From Syntrophorhabdaceae bacterium (lineage in GTDB: Bacteria > Desulfobacterota > Syntrophorhabdia > Syntrophorhabdales > Syntrophorhabdaceae), in assembly GCA_963666485.2 (NCBI GenBank), contig CAXXUO010000009.1, forward strand, positions 320,001-384,000: a stretch of DNA of 64,000 bases. The letters run 5' to 3'. A program made the translations under genes and the position numbers. The notes beneath the pieces were generated by a model. The model did not search any database. It was not told where the DNA came from and saw only the letters and a program-made list of their open reading frames with translations. Numbering within the stretch: position 1 is the first letter of the stretch; the number at the start of each line of letters is the position of its first letter. Shown one piece after another: positions 51,592 through 61,430 of the stretch.

Positions 51592-52455
51592 GTGAAAAAT
51601 ACCAGGGCCAGGCTTCTTTTTCTTTTCGTCGCATTTTTTGCGATCCCGGCGTGCATCTGCGGGGCCGCGGATGACTTCGTCTTCATGGCGAGTACGATAG
51701 GCCCCATCGACTCCGGCATCATCGGGGTGCTCGAAGACCGGTTCGAGAAAGATACGGGGATCAGGGTCCGGCATGTCGGGGCTGGCACCGGGGCGACGCT
51801 GGACATAGCGAAGAAGGGCAATATCGACCTTGTCCTCGTCCACGCGAAATCCCTCGAAGAGAAGTTCGTCAAGGAAGGATATGGAACGGAGCGGATCGAC
51901 CTTATGTATAATGACTTTGTCATTGTCGGTCCCCAGTCAGACCCGGCCGGGATCAAGGGTATGAAAAATGCCGGGGAGGCACTGAAGAAGATCGCAGATA
52001 AGAAGGCGCCGTTCCTCACGCGCGGCGATAAATCGGGCACCCACGTTGCGGAGCTCATCATCTGGGAAAAAGCGGGGATCAAGCCTGCCGGCGACTGGTA
52101 CATCGTGTATGACAAAGGGACGGAAGGGAACATGCCGACGCTGCGCGAAGCGGACAAACGCGGCATTTACACACTTATGGACCGGGCAACATATTTGAGC
52201 CTGCAGAAAGAGATCAAACTTGTGATACTTGTCGAAAAGGACGAGGCGCTTCTGAATTACATCACCCTCATCCCCGTCAACCCGAAAAAGTTTCCGCGGG
52301 TCAACGCACAGGCCGCGATGACATTCGTGAAATGGCTTACGGACCCCGATAAGGGACAGCTCATCATCCGTGATTTCGGCAAGGACAGGTTCGGAAGCCC
52401 GCTTTTCTTCCCCAATTCGAAGGAATGGCGCGCCCGCTACGCTGTACAAAAATAA
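51592..52455 (+). CDS. tupA: Tungstate ABC transporter substrate-binding protein, TupA-like variant
   Basis: GTG 51592 with SD AGGAGG; MYNDFVIVGP and RGDKSGTH; ASTIGPIDSG replaces TTTS. Confidence 0.8.
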   Translation: MKNTRARLLFLFVAFFAIPACICGAADDFVFMASTIGPIDSGIIGVLEDRFEKDTGIRVRHVGAGTGATLDIAKKGNIDLVLVHAKSLEEKFVKEGYGTERIDLMYNDFVIVGPQSDPAGIKGMKNAGEALKKIADKKAPFLTRGDKSGTHVAELIIWEKAGIKPAGDWYIVYDKGTEGNMPTLREADKRGIYTLMDRATYLSLQKEIKLVILVEKDEALLNYITLIPVNPKKFPRVNAQAAMTFVKWLTDPDKGQLIIRDFGKDRFGSPLFFPNSKEWRARYAVQK

Positions 52456-52487
52456 GGGAAATGTAGCATGATAAAGAGGAGGCATTT

Positions 52488-53342
52488 ATGAAACGATCCG
52501 GCATACTATTCACCATCCTGCTTTTGGGCCTGATGCTGTTCACGGCTCCTGCCGGTATGGCCGCATCCGCGGAAAAGAACATCATTCTTGCGACAACGAC
52601 GAGCACCCAGGATTCGGGCCTGCTCGACAAGCTTATCCCCATCTTTGAGAACAGGACGGGATATTTTGTGAAGACGATCGCGGTTGGGTCGGGACAGGCG
52701 ATGGCCATGGGCCAGAAGGGCGAGGCGGATGTTCTGCTCGTCCATTCGCCTGCCGCCGAGAAGAAGTTCATGGAAGGGGGGTACGGGGTACACAGAAGGC
52801 TCGTGATGCACAACGATTTCATCATTGTCGGCCCGGCAAACGACCCGGCAAAGGTGAAGGGTTCGAAAACGACGGTCGAGGCTTTCAAGAAGATCGCGGC
52901 TACGCAGTCGATGTTCATTTCCCGCGGGGACAACTCCGGGACACATTCGAAGGAGAAAGACATCTGGAAGGCGGCCGGCGTCCCGTATGATGGCCAGAAA
53001 TGGTACCAGCAGACAGGGCTCGGCATGGGGCAGACCCTGAACGTCGCCAGCGAAAAACGGGCATACACGCTTGCAGACCGCGGGACGTACCTGGCGCTCA
53101 AGAAGAGGGTCGATCTCCCGATACTCGCCGAAGGCGACGCTATCCTGCTCAACATCTATCACGTGATCGAAGTCAACCCCGCGAAATTCCCGAAGGTGAA
53201 CGCGAAGGGTGCAAAGGCATTCGCCGATTTCATGGTCGCCCCGGAGACACAGAACATCATCAAGACATTCGGCGTCGACAAGTACGGCTCGCCTCTCTTC
53301 TTCCCCGATGCAGGCAAGAAAGTGGAGGACCTGGGAAAATAG
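52488..53342 (+). CDS. tupA: Tungstate ABC transporter substrate-binding protein
   Basis: ATTTSTQDSGLL, NDFIIVGP and SRGDNSGTH motifs. Confidence 0.9.
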   Translation: MKRSGILFTILLLGLMLFTAPAGMAASAEKNIILATTTSTQDSGLLDKLIPIFENRTGYFVKTIAVGSGQAMAMGQKGEADVLLVHSPAAEKKFMEGGYGVHRRLVMHNDFIIVGPANDPAKVKGSKTTVEAFKKIAATQSMFISRGDNSGTHSKEKDIWKAAGVPYDGQKWYQQTGLGMGQTLNVASEKRAYTLADRGTYLALKKRVDLPILAEGDAILLNIYHVIEVNPAKFPKVNAKGAKAFADFMVAPETQNIIKTFGVDKYGSPLFFPDAGKKVEDLGK

Positions 53343-54041
53343 ATGGACCTCATTTATGAAGGGATAAAGCAGGCCATAATACTCCTCATCACCCTCGATC
53401 CCGAGGTGATGAGGATAACCCTGCTTTCCCTCAAAGTGTCCGGTTCAGCCACCCTGATCAGCCTTTTGTTCGGCATCTCCATCGGGACGCTTGTCGCACT
53501 CACCCAGTTTCCCGGAAAAAAATTCGTCGTCAGCCTCATCAATACCGGGATGGGGCTGCCTCCCGTTGTCGTAGGCCTTTTTGTCACCATCTTTCTCTGG
53601 AGGAGCGGACCGCTCGGGTTCCTTGGTTTACTTTATACGCCCACTGCCATTATCGTGGCACAGTCGGTCATCGCAACGCCGATCGTTATGGGCATTACCC
53701 TGGCGGCAATGCAGCAGCTCCCGAAGAAAATGCGCCTGCAGGTCCTGGCCCTCGGGGCAACGCCCCTGCAGACGGTCTGGGTCCTTATCCGCGAGGCGCG
53801 GCTTCCACTCCTTGCCGCCGTTATGGCCGGGTTCGGCGGCGTCATCTCGGAGATCGGGGCGTCGATCATGGTCGGCGGCAATATCAAGGGATACACGCGC
53901 GTTCTCACGACGGCGACGGTCATGGAGGCCGGGAAAGGCAACTTCGAGATCGCGATAGCGCTCAGCATCATTCTTCTTGCCCTCGCATACTGCATCAATT
54001 ATATTCTTACGTACATCCAGCAAAAGGAAAGACACTTTTAA
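53343..54041 (+). CDS. tupB: Tungstate ABC transporter permease
   Basis: GLPPVVVGL and ISEIGASIMVGGNI...TRVLTTA. Confidence 0.9.
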   Translation: MDLIYEGIKQAIILLITLDPEVMRITLLSLKVSGSATLISLLFGISIGTLVALTQFPGKKFVVSLINTGMGLPPVVVGLFVTIFLWRSGPLGFLGLLYTPTAIIVAQSVIATPIVMGITLAAMQQLPKKMRLQVLALGATPLQTVWVLIREARLPLLAAVMAGFGGVISEIGASIMVGGNIKGYTRVLTTATVMEAGKGNFEIAIALSIILLALAYCINYILTYIQQKERHF

Positions 54042-54046
54042 CCACA

Positions 54047-55141
54047 ATGGCCGATCAGAAAAAGACGATCCTTGAAGCGCGTCATGTCCGCATGGAGAAC
54101 CGCGGGGTTGCGACGCTCGATGTCGAAAACCTGGCCGTCTGCGAGGATGAGGTCATCTCCATCATCGGCCCGAACGGCGCCGGCAAGACCACCCTGCTCC
54201 AGAGGCTTGCCATGCTCCAGAAGAAACCGCGCGGGGAATTGTTCTTTCGCGGACAGAAGGTCGGCGGCGACCTTTCGGTCACCGAATATCGCAGGCACGT
54301 GACGATGGTCTTCCAGGAGACCCTCCTTTTCGACACGACCGTCTTTGAAAATGTCGCGGCGGGGCTCAAGTTCAGGCACGCCGGAAAGAGCGAGATAGAA
54401 AAGGGGGTCCTTGAAAACCTGGACCTCTTCGGCGTCGCCCACCTGAAGGAGCGTTCGGTCCGCACGCTGTCGGGCGGGGAAGCTCGCCGCGTAAGCCTTG
54501 CGCGTTCCTTCACGGTCAAGCCCGACATCATCTTCCTCGACGAACCGTTCTCGGCGCTCGACCCGCCGACGCACGAAGCGATCGTGGCCGACCTGAGCCA
54601 TATTCTCCGGCGGCCCGGCATGACGACGGTATTCGCGACACACGACCGTTCGGAAGCGCTTCGGCTTTCCGACAGGATCTGCGTCATGAACAAGGGCAAA
54701 ATATTGCAGATCGGCAGCCCCGACGAGATAATGAACCATCCCGCGGATGAGTTCATCGCATCTTTCGTGGGAGCGGAAACGATACTTCCCGGCGTTGTCA
54801 CGGATGGGAACGCGGGCACGATCTCGGTTAACGTGAACGGTCGCAAGGTCATGGCCGTGGGCGAGGCAACGGCGGGGCAGAATGTCGTCCTGTGCATACG
54901 CCCCGAACGTATCGCACTATCCACGGAATCGAGACTTGATGCGACGAGCGAGCGCAACGTCCTCGCCGGAACCGTCATAGACGTAACGTCGCTCGGCCTC
55001 TTTTACCGCGTATCGGTTGACTGCGGATTCATCCTCAACGCATACATCACCCCCGGTTCCATCAAAAAGCTCGGCCTGGAACGAGGCAAAAAAGTATACT
55101 CCTCCTTCAAAGCAACCGCCGTCCACGTCCTCAAACGCTAA
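54047..55141 (+). CDS. tupC: Tungstate ABC transporter ATPase with TOBE domains
   Basis: GPNGAGKT, LSGGE, LDEP; C-terminal FKATAVHV. Confidence 0.88.
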   Translation: MADQKKTILEARHVRMENRGVATLDVENLAVCEDEVISIIGPNGAGKTTLLQRLAMLQKKPRGELFFRGQKVGGDLSVTEYRRHVTMVFQETLLFDTTVFENVAAGLKFRHAGKSEIEKGVLENLDLFGVAHLKERSVRTLSGGEARRVSLARSFTVKPDIIFLDEPFSALDPPTHEAIVADLSHILRRPGMTTVFATHDRSEALRLSDRICVMNKGKILQIGSPDEIMNHPADEFIASFVGAETILPGVVTDGNAGTISVNVNGRKVMAVGEATAGQNVVLCIRPERIALSTESRLDATSERNVLAGTVIDVTSLGLFYRVSVDCGFILNAYITPGSIKKLGLERGKKVYSSFKATAVHVLKR

Positions 55142-55185
55142 CACCAAGGCTTTATTGCCTCCCCCAATCCAGAAACAAAGGCAAA

Positions 55186-55451
55186 GACACTGGATTCCGG
55201 CTTTCGCCGGAATGACGGCGGGGGGCTGTCGACGCTGGATTCCTGGTTTCGGCGGAATGACGGTGGGGGGATGTCGACGCTGGATTCCGGTTTCGGCGGA
55301 ATGACGGCGGGGGGCTGTCGACGCTGGATTCCGGTTTCGGCGGAATGACGGCGGGGGGCTGTCGACGCTGGATTCCGGTTTCGGCGGAATGACGGCGGGG
55401 GGCTGTCGACGCTGGATTCCGGTTTCGGCGGAATGACGGCGGGGGGCTGTC
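55186..55451. repeat. Six tandem 44-45 bp REP-containing units
   Basis: Unit GACGCTGGATTCCGGTTTCGGCGGAATGACGGCGGGGGGCTGTC; followed by heptamer repeats to about 55483. Confidence 0.9.
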
Positions 55452-55610
55452 GCCTTTAGCCTTTCGCCTTTCGCCTTTCGCCTCACCCTTTTTCCTGTCT
55501 TGCCCGGCGCCTCAAATCATGGTAGATTTTCACAGCTTTTCGAGATCTGCACATCGACCGTGGAATCCCTGATGAAGCAGGCATCGTTCACATCATCGTA
55601 AGGAGCAATC

Positions 55611-57326
55611 ATGCTGTTTTCCAAAATGTTCATTCCGACTGTCAAGGAAGACCCGAAAGAGGCCGAGGTCGCAAGCCACCGGCTTATGCTCCGGGCGGGT
55701 TTCATCCGCCGTCTCGCTTCGGGCGTGTACACGTGGCTTCCGTTGGGACTTAAATCCTTAAGGAAGGTCGAGCAGATCATCCGTGAAGAGATGAACAGGA
55801 AAGGTGCCCAGGAGATACTGATGCCGGCCGTGCAGCCGAAGGAGTTGTGGGTCGAGAGCACGCGATGGGAAAAATACGGCAAGGAGCTTCTTCGCTTTGT
55901 CGACCGGAACAACCGGGAACTGTGCCTTGGCCCCACGCACGAAGAGGTCGTCACGGACCTCGTCCGGCGCGAGGTGAAATCATACAAGGACCTTCCCGTG
56001 AACCTGTATCAGATCCAGAACAAGTTCCGTGACGAGATACGGCCCCGCTTCGGCATCATGCGTTCCCGGGAATTTTCGATGAAGGACGCATACAGCTTCG
56101 ACGCGGACGAGCCGTCAGCCGAAAAGAGCTACAAGGACATGTACGAGGCGTATGTCAGTATCTTCGAGCGGTGCGGGTTCAAGTTCCGGGTCGTCGAGGC
56201 AGATACCGGCCAGATCGGCGGGAGCTTCTCGCACGAGTTCATGGTGCTCGCCGATACCGGTGAAGATGTTATTATATCCTGCGATGCGTGCGGGTACGCG
56301 GCAAACCTCGAACGAGCCGAGGTCGGCATTGAGGGAGAAGCACCGTCAGGCCCGAAGATCGGCCTCCATAAACGCGTGCCCACACCGGAGCAGCGCAAGA
56401 TAGACGAGGTCTCCAAATTTCTCGGCATAACCCCGGACAAGCTCTTGAAGACGATCATCTATAAGACGGACCAGGGCGTGATCGGCGTCCTCGTTCGCGG
56501 CGACCGCGAGATAAACGACACCAAGCTGAAGAACCTCTTGAAACTCGACGAACTCGAGCTCGCGGATGAGCGGACGATCGAAGAGGTCACGGGAGGACCG
56601 CTCGGGTTCTCCGGACCGATAGGCCTTAAAATACCTGTTTATGCGGACATGGACCTCAAGTTCATGGAAAATTTCGTCATCGGGGGAAACGAACGCGATG
56701 TCCACGTCGTGGACGCCAACCTGGGCGATTTCGCCGTGAAAGGTTTCTACGATATAAAGGTCGCGGTAGCCGGGGACAAATGCCCCCGGTGCGATGCGGG
56801 CAAGCTCGTCGCCACACGCGGCATCGAGGTCGGGCATATCTTCAAGCTGGGCTTGAAATACTCTAAAGCGATGAACGCGACCTTTCTTGACAGCGACGGC
56901 AAGGAACAGTTCATGATCATGGGGTGTTACGGTATCGGCGTCGGCAGGACCGTTGCGGCCGCCATCGAACAGGGGAATGACGAGAACGGCATGATATTGC
57001 CCATCCCGATCGCCCCGTTCGAGGTCAATGTCCTTCCCGTGAATACGACCCATGCCGAGAGCATGGATGTCGCCCGGGCCATATACGACGAGCTCCTGGG
57101 CAAAGGCATCGACGTTGTCATGGATGACCGCGACGAACGTCCAGGGGTCAAGTTCAAGGATTGCGACCTGATCGGGATACCGCTCAGGGTCACCATCGGC
57201 GAGCGCGGTCTGAAGGACGGCATCGTCGAGATAAAAAGGCGGGAAAGCAAAGAATTCGAAAAAGTGCCTGTTGCAGAAGCGGCCGGGAGGATCATACGCT
57301 ATGTTGAAGACGCTAAACACCGGTGA
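55611..57326 (+). CDS. proS: Proline--tRNA ligase
   Basis: LGPTHEE, FRDEIRPRFG, EVGHIF and MGCYGIG; INS editing domain. Confidence 0.97.
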   Translation: MLFSKMFIPTVKEDPKEAEVASHRLMLRAGFIRRLASGVYTWLPLGLKSLRKVEQIIREEMNRKGAQEILMPAVQPKELWVESTRWEKYGKELLRFVDRNNRELCLGPTHEEVVTDLVRREVKSYKDLPVNLYQIQNKFRDEIRPRFGIMRSREFSMKDAYSFDADEPSAEKSYKDMYEAYVSIFERCGFKFRVVEADTGQIGGSFSHEFMVLADTGEDVIISCDACGYAANLERAEVGIEGEAPSGPKIGLHKRVPTPEQRKIDEVSKFLGITPDKLLKTIIYKTDQGVIGVLVRGDREINDTKLKNLLKLDELELADERTIEEVTGGPLGFSGPIGLKIPVYADMDLKFMENFVIGGNERDVHVVDANLGDFAVKGFYDIKVAVAGDKCPRCDAGKLVATRGIEVGHIFKLGLKYSKAMNATFLDSDGKEQFMIMGCYGIGVGRTVAAAIEQGNDENGMILPIPIAPFEVNVLPVNTTHAESMDVARAIYDELLGKGIDVVMDDRDERPGVKFKDCDLIGIPLRVTIGERGLKDGIVEIKRRESKEFEKVPVAEAAGRIIRYVEDAKHR

Positions 57327-58503
57327 TCTCACACCGAGATACGAGGTAGACGCACGCATCGACAAGCTTCGCGCGGGAATGGTGAAGCAGGGCATCGAGC
57401 TTGCGATCATTCTCCAGAATGTCGACATCCTGTATTTTACGGGGACGCTCCAGCGGGGGACCCTGGCGGTGTCCGCGGAGCACGGCCCGGCGTTCTTTGT
57501 CGAGAAAAGCCTCTACCGTGCGCAGATCGAGACGCCCCTCGAGATCATACCCGTCAAGCGGGACAAGGAAGTAAAAGACATCCTCGTCGAGAAGAAGATG
57601 TATCCTGCGCGGTGCGCGATGGAGCTCGACGTTGTACCCGTCGCGATATGTGAACGGTGGAAATCGCTCCTGGGGCTTGCCGACGTTGGCGACCTCTCCG
57701 CGATCATCCGCGACTGCAAGATCACCAAGAGCGCGTTCGAGATCGAACAGCTCAGAAAGTCGGCCGCCATTTGCGAGCGGGTATTCGAAAAGGCGAAAAC
57801 CATTGTAAAGGAAGGGGTCCGTGAGGTCGATATCGACGCCGAACTCCTCGCGGAAGGCAGGAAATGGGGGCACCAGGGGTTCCTGAGGATGCGCGGCCTC
57901 AACCAGGAAATGATGAGCTGCTACGTCACCCACGGGTATACGACAACGGTAACCTCGGGTGCGGACGTCCCGATATCCGGCATCGGCCTCACCCACGCCA
58001 TCGGGCAGGGTGCGTCGATCAACGTCGTCAGGCATGGCATCCCCCTGATCGTCGACTACGGCGGAGGGTACAACGGCTACATCACGGACGAGACGCGCGC
58101 CTACGCAACGGCGCCGCTGAAGGAAATATTCCATAAGCCGTTCGAGGTATCCCGGGAGATCATTGAAGAGACGATGGGCTTCGCAAAGGAAGGCATCGAC
58201 GGAACTGAAATTTTCAACAGGGCGCTTGAGCGCGTCAAGGCGGCAGGCCTCGAAGCCCATTTCATGGGGCACGGCGAGGGCCAGGTCGGGTTCATCGGCC
58301 ACGGGCTCGGGCTCGAGATAAACGAACTGCCGGTCATAACGCCGCGTCATAAGATCATTCTGAAAGAAGGTATGGTATTCGCTTTCGAGCCAAAGTTCGT
58401 ATTTCCCGGTGAAGGGGCGATAGGGATCGAAGTTGATTTTGTTGTGCGTAAAGACGGACTTGAACGATTGACGAAAACACCGATGGATGTTGTATATGTG
58501 TAA
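57301..58503 (+). CDS. Xaa-Pro aminopeptidase family protein (M24)
   Basis: VD...GYITDETR, GHGLGLEINE, FEPK and GIE motifs; start ATG 57301. Confidence 0.88.
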   Translation: MLKTLNTGDLTPRYEVDARIDKLRAGMVKQGIELAIILQNVDILYFTGTLQRGTLAVSAEHGPAFFVEKSLYRAQIETPLEIIPVKRDKEVKDILVEKKMYPARCAMELDVVPVAICERWKSLLGLADVGDLSAIIRDCKITKSAFEIEQLRKSAAICERVFEKAKTIVKEGVREVDIDAELLAEGRKWGHQGFLRMRGLNQEMMSCYVTHGYTTTVTSGADVPISGIGLTHAIGQGASINVVRHGIPLIVDYGGGYNGYITDETRAYATAPLKEIFHKPFEVSREIIEETMGFAKEGIDGTEIFNRALERVKAAGLEAHFMGHGEGQVGFIGHGLGLEINELPVITPRHKIILKEGMVFAFEPKFVFPGEGAIGIEVDFVVRKDGLERLTKTPMDVVYV

Positions 58504-58506
58504 AAG

Positions 58507-58634
58507 CGGCTAACGGCTAACGGCTAACGGCTAACGGAAAAAGAAAACCTTTCATCTGTAAAGGTCTCGATCATCCAGAACTCTTTAGCCTTTTATCTTT
58601 TGCCGTTAGCCGTTAGCCGTTAGCCGTTAGCCGT
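58507..58634. repeat. Inverted pair of heptamer arrays, (CGGCTAA)4 ... (TTAGCCG)4
   Basis: About 31-bp complementary arms around a spacer of about 65 bp. Confidence 0.85.
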
Positions 58635-58648
58635 ACGCCGTTATTTAT

Positions 58649-59905
58649 ATGCTTAAACCCTTCGAAATCTGCTCCATCAGACCCCCGACGGAAAATTTCA
58701 GCCTGACGTTCAGGCTTACGCGGAATTGCGGGTGGAACCGGTGCCTTTTTTGTCCCGTTTACAAGCAGGGGGTTAAGTTTTCACGGCGCAGCCTCGATGA
58801 AATAAAGGAGGACGTCGATAGGGCGAAGGCAATCGACGATGTCCTGATGCAGGTCCTGGCACATTCACCGGGACAGGATATTTTTCAGGTCGCCGGCGAT
58901 CTCATTCGGCAGATACGGAGGGATGAAGCTACCGCCGGGCGGGCGTCAGCGGCGGGTGAAGGAGAAGAAGACAGCGGCGGATCCGACAACTGGTTCGCAT
59001 CGTGGTTCAAGGATAAGCCCACGATCGAGGACAGTGTCCAGCACGTCGCATCCTGGCGGTATGGTGCCGGGAACACGTGTTTTCTCGGCGACTCGAATTC
59101 CCTTGTGCTCAAACCGGAATTTTTTCATGAAGCAGTTTCCTATATAAGATCTGTTTTCCCCGAGCTCAAACGCTTCACCATCTACGGCAGGACAAAGTCA
59201 GCGTCTGAAATGACCCTCGAAGATCTCCGCATCTTCAGGGATGCCGGCCTTGACCGCATCCATTTCGGCATGGAAAGCGGGTGCGATGAGGTGCTGGCTT
59301 TCATGAAAAAGGGGGTGACCGGGGAAGAACATATATCGGGGTGCCGAAAGACCATTGAAGCGGGCATATCCTGCGGCGTCTATGTCATGCCCGGGCTCGG
59401 CGGAGCGAAATGGTCAGAGAAACATGCGCACGATACCGCACGTGTCATCAGTGCAAGTTCGCCCGATTACGTGCGCTTAAGGACCCTTGAGATATTTCCC
59501 GGTACGCGCCTCGCGGATGCCGCTCTCGACGGGACGTTCATCGAGGCGACCGAGGAACAGGTCGTGCGCGAGATACGAACGCTCGTCGATAGCATTGACA
59601 CGGACACGCAGATCGTCAGCGACAGTGCGTCGAATCTGCTCGACGTATCAGGGCGCCTGCCGGGCGACCGTCCCGGAATGCTTGCCGTTATCGACGAATA
59701 CCTCAACTTGTCTCCCCGGGAAAAGCTGGAATTCAGCCTGGCATCACGCCTGCAATCATTTGTCGGCCAGTACGGCGGGGTAACGCAGGAGATCATGCGG
59801 GCGATCATGCCCTTTATCGATGGCAACAGCATAAACCTCGGCCGCGCGCCGGACGATGAGGTTGTGAGCGCCATCCGCCTCATCCGTTCCCGGCTTATGC
59901 CTTAA
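58649..59905 (+). CDS. Radical SAM protein
   Basis: IRPP...NCGWNRCLFC; GMESG; YVMPGLGG. Confidence 0.88.
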   Translation: MLKPFEICSIRPPTENFSLTFRLTRNCGWNRCLFCPVYKQGVKFSRRSLDEIKEDVDRAKAIDDVLMQVLAHSPGQDIFQVAGDLIRQIRRDEATAGRASAAGEGEEDSGGSDNWFASWFKDKPTIEDSVQHVASWRYGAGNTCFLGDSNSLVLKPEFFHEAVSYIRSVFPELKRFTIYGRTKSASEMTLEDLRIFRDAGLDRIHFGMESGCDEVLAFMKKGVTGEEHISGCRKTIEAGISCGVYVMPGLGGAKWSEKHAHDTARVISASSPDYVRLRTLEIFPGTRLADAALDGTFIEATEEQVVREIRTLVDSIDTDTQIVSDSASNLLDVSGRLPGDRPGMLAVIDEYLNLSPREKLEFSLASRLQSFVGQYGGVTQEIMRAIMPFIDGNSINLGRAPDDEVVSAIRLIRSRLMP

Positions 59906-59966
59906 AAGCCCCTACCGAACTAAATAAGTTGCTCCTTTGCTACGGTGCGGATATAATTGTCGCAGC

Positions 59967-61367
59967 ATGGCGTTCGAAGATTTCTTGCGCGATATCAGGG
60001 AACTGCTCAACACTGACCAGATCATTATCGATCACGATAACCTGTCACATTTTTCCTATGACGCGACGGAGAGGCATTCCCTGCCCGAGGCCGCCGTCCT
60101 CCCCGAGAACACGGAACAGGTTTCGCACGTTCTGCGATGCTGTTACCGGCACAACGTCGCGGTCACTCCCCAGGGCGGGAGAACGGGCCTGTCCGGAGGC
60201 GCGGTACCGGTAACCGGCGGCATTGTCCTCGCCTTCCCGCGGATGAACAGGATCCTCGAGATCGACGAGGCAAACATGTTTGCCGTTGTTGAGCCGGGGG
60301 TCATATCAAACAATCTTCAAAAGGCCCTCAACGAGCGGGGGCTTTTCTTCCCGCCGGACCCGTCGAGCACTGTCGACAGCACGCTCGGAGGTAATGTCGC
60401 GGAAAATGCCGGATATACGCGGGCTGTCAAATACGGCGTTACCCGGGATTATGTCCGCGGGATCGAAGCCGTGCTCCCATCCGGCGATGTTATCACTCTC
60501 GGCGGGAAAACCCTCAAGAATGTGGCAGGATACGACCTCATCTCACTGATCACCGGTTCGGAGGGTACGCTGGCGGTGATAACGAAGATCACCCTGCGCA
60601 TCCTGACGCGGCCGCGCGTTCGCCGGACGGTTGTCGCGTATCTCGATGACCTGGTCTCGGCTGCCGACCTCATCGTCGCCATCTTCAGGTCCGGTATGAT
60701 GCCCTGTGCGGTAGAACTCATGGACACGATCGCTATAAACAATGTCGCCGATTACCTCGGCGTCCCTCTTAACCGGACGGCCGCGGCCATGGTGCTTATT
60801 GAAATGGACGGACATGACGAAAGTGCTGTCAATAACGAGGCCCGGGAAATGCACACCCTGTGCGCGAACTCTCCCGGTACTTTCGATGTGCACTTCGCGC
60901 CGGATGACGCCGCGGCAGACAAGTTCTGGCTGGCGCGCCGGGAGGTGCTGCCATCGCTCAAGGCGCTGGGGAAGGACCACCTCGAGGCGGATGTTGCGGT
61001 CCCCCGTTACCAGCTTCCTTACCTTGTCCGGTTCATACGGTCGCTCGGACACAGCGATGCCCTGCGCATAGCGACCTACGGCCACGCGGGAGACGGCAAC
61101 CTCCATGTCACGATACTCTACCGGCGCCGGAATTTCGCCGAGCTTGACGAGGCATACCGGCTGCTTGAAGAGATCTATCGCGAAACGATAGACATGGGAG
61201 GAACTCTCACCGGCGAGCACGGGGTGGGCCTTACGGTCATGGATTATCTTCCCCTGCAGCTCGGCGGCGATGCATTGCTTCTCATGAAGAGGATCAAGGA
61301 CGCCTTCGATCCGAAGGGCCTTTTGAATCCGGGCAAGATATTCAAAGAACCGGACGCCCAAAAATAA
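59967..61367 (+). CDS. FAD-linked oxidase, GlcD / D-lactate dehydrogenase-like
   Basis: GGRTGLSGG, PPDPSS, GSEGTL, GHAGDGNLH, GEHGVG and LNPGK; start ATG 59967. Confidence 0.9.
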   Translation: MAFEDFLRDIRELLNTDQIIIDHDNLSHFSYDATERHSLPEAAVLPENTEQVSHVLRCCYRHNVAVTPQGGRTGLSGGAVPVTGGIVLAFPRMNRILEIDEANMFAVVEPGVISNNLQKALNERGLFFPPDPSSTVDSTLGGNVAENAGYTRAVKYGVTRDYVRGIEAVLPSGDVITLGGKTLKNVAGYDLISLITGSEGTLAVITKITLRILTRPRVRRTVVAYLDDLVSAADLIVAIFRSGMMPCAVELMDTIAINNVADYLGVPLNRTAAAMVLIEMDGHDESAVNNEAREMHTLCANSPGTFDVHFAPDDAAADKFWLARREVLPSLKALGKDHLEADVAVPRYQLPYLVRFIRSLGHSDALRIATYGHAGDGNLHVTILYRRRNFAELDEAYRLLEEIYRETIDMGGTLTGEHGVGLTVMDYLPLQLGGDALLLMKRIKDAFDPKGLLNPGKIFKEPDAQK

Positions 61368-61430
61368 ATATGCGGGTATACCGTAGAAATACTTGTAATC
61401 ACATGATATAATCGGTAGAGTCTTTAAGGC

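Noticed and set aside
55186..55451. Possible CRISPR array
   Set aside because: Units repeat in full with no unique spacers, match the REP family seen elsewhere, and no cas genes are present.
54917..55486. Repetitive ORFs across the tupC-proS gap
   Set aside because: They are translations of the REP array and heptamer repeats and overlap tupC.
58649..59905. CX4CX2C spacing as a novel radical SAM motif
   Set aside because: This spacing (C-x-W/H-N-x-C-x-F-C) is familiar in this radical SAM subgroup.
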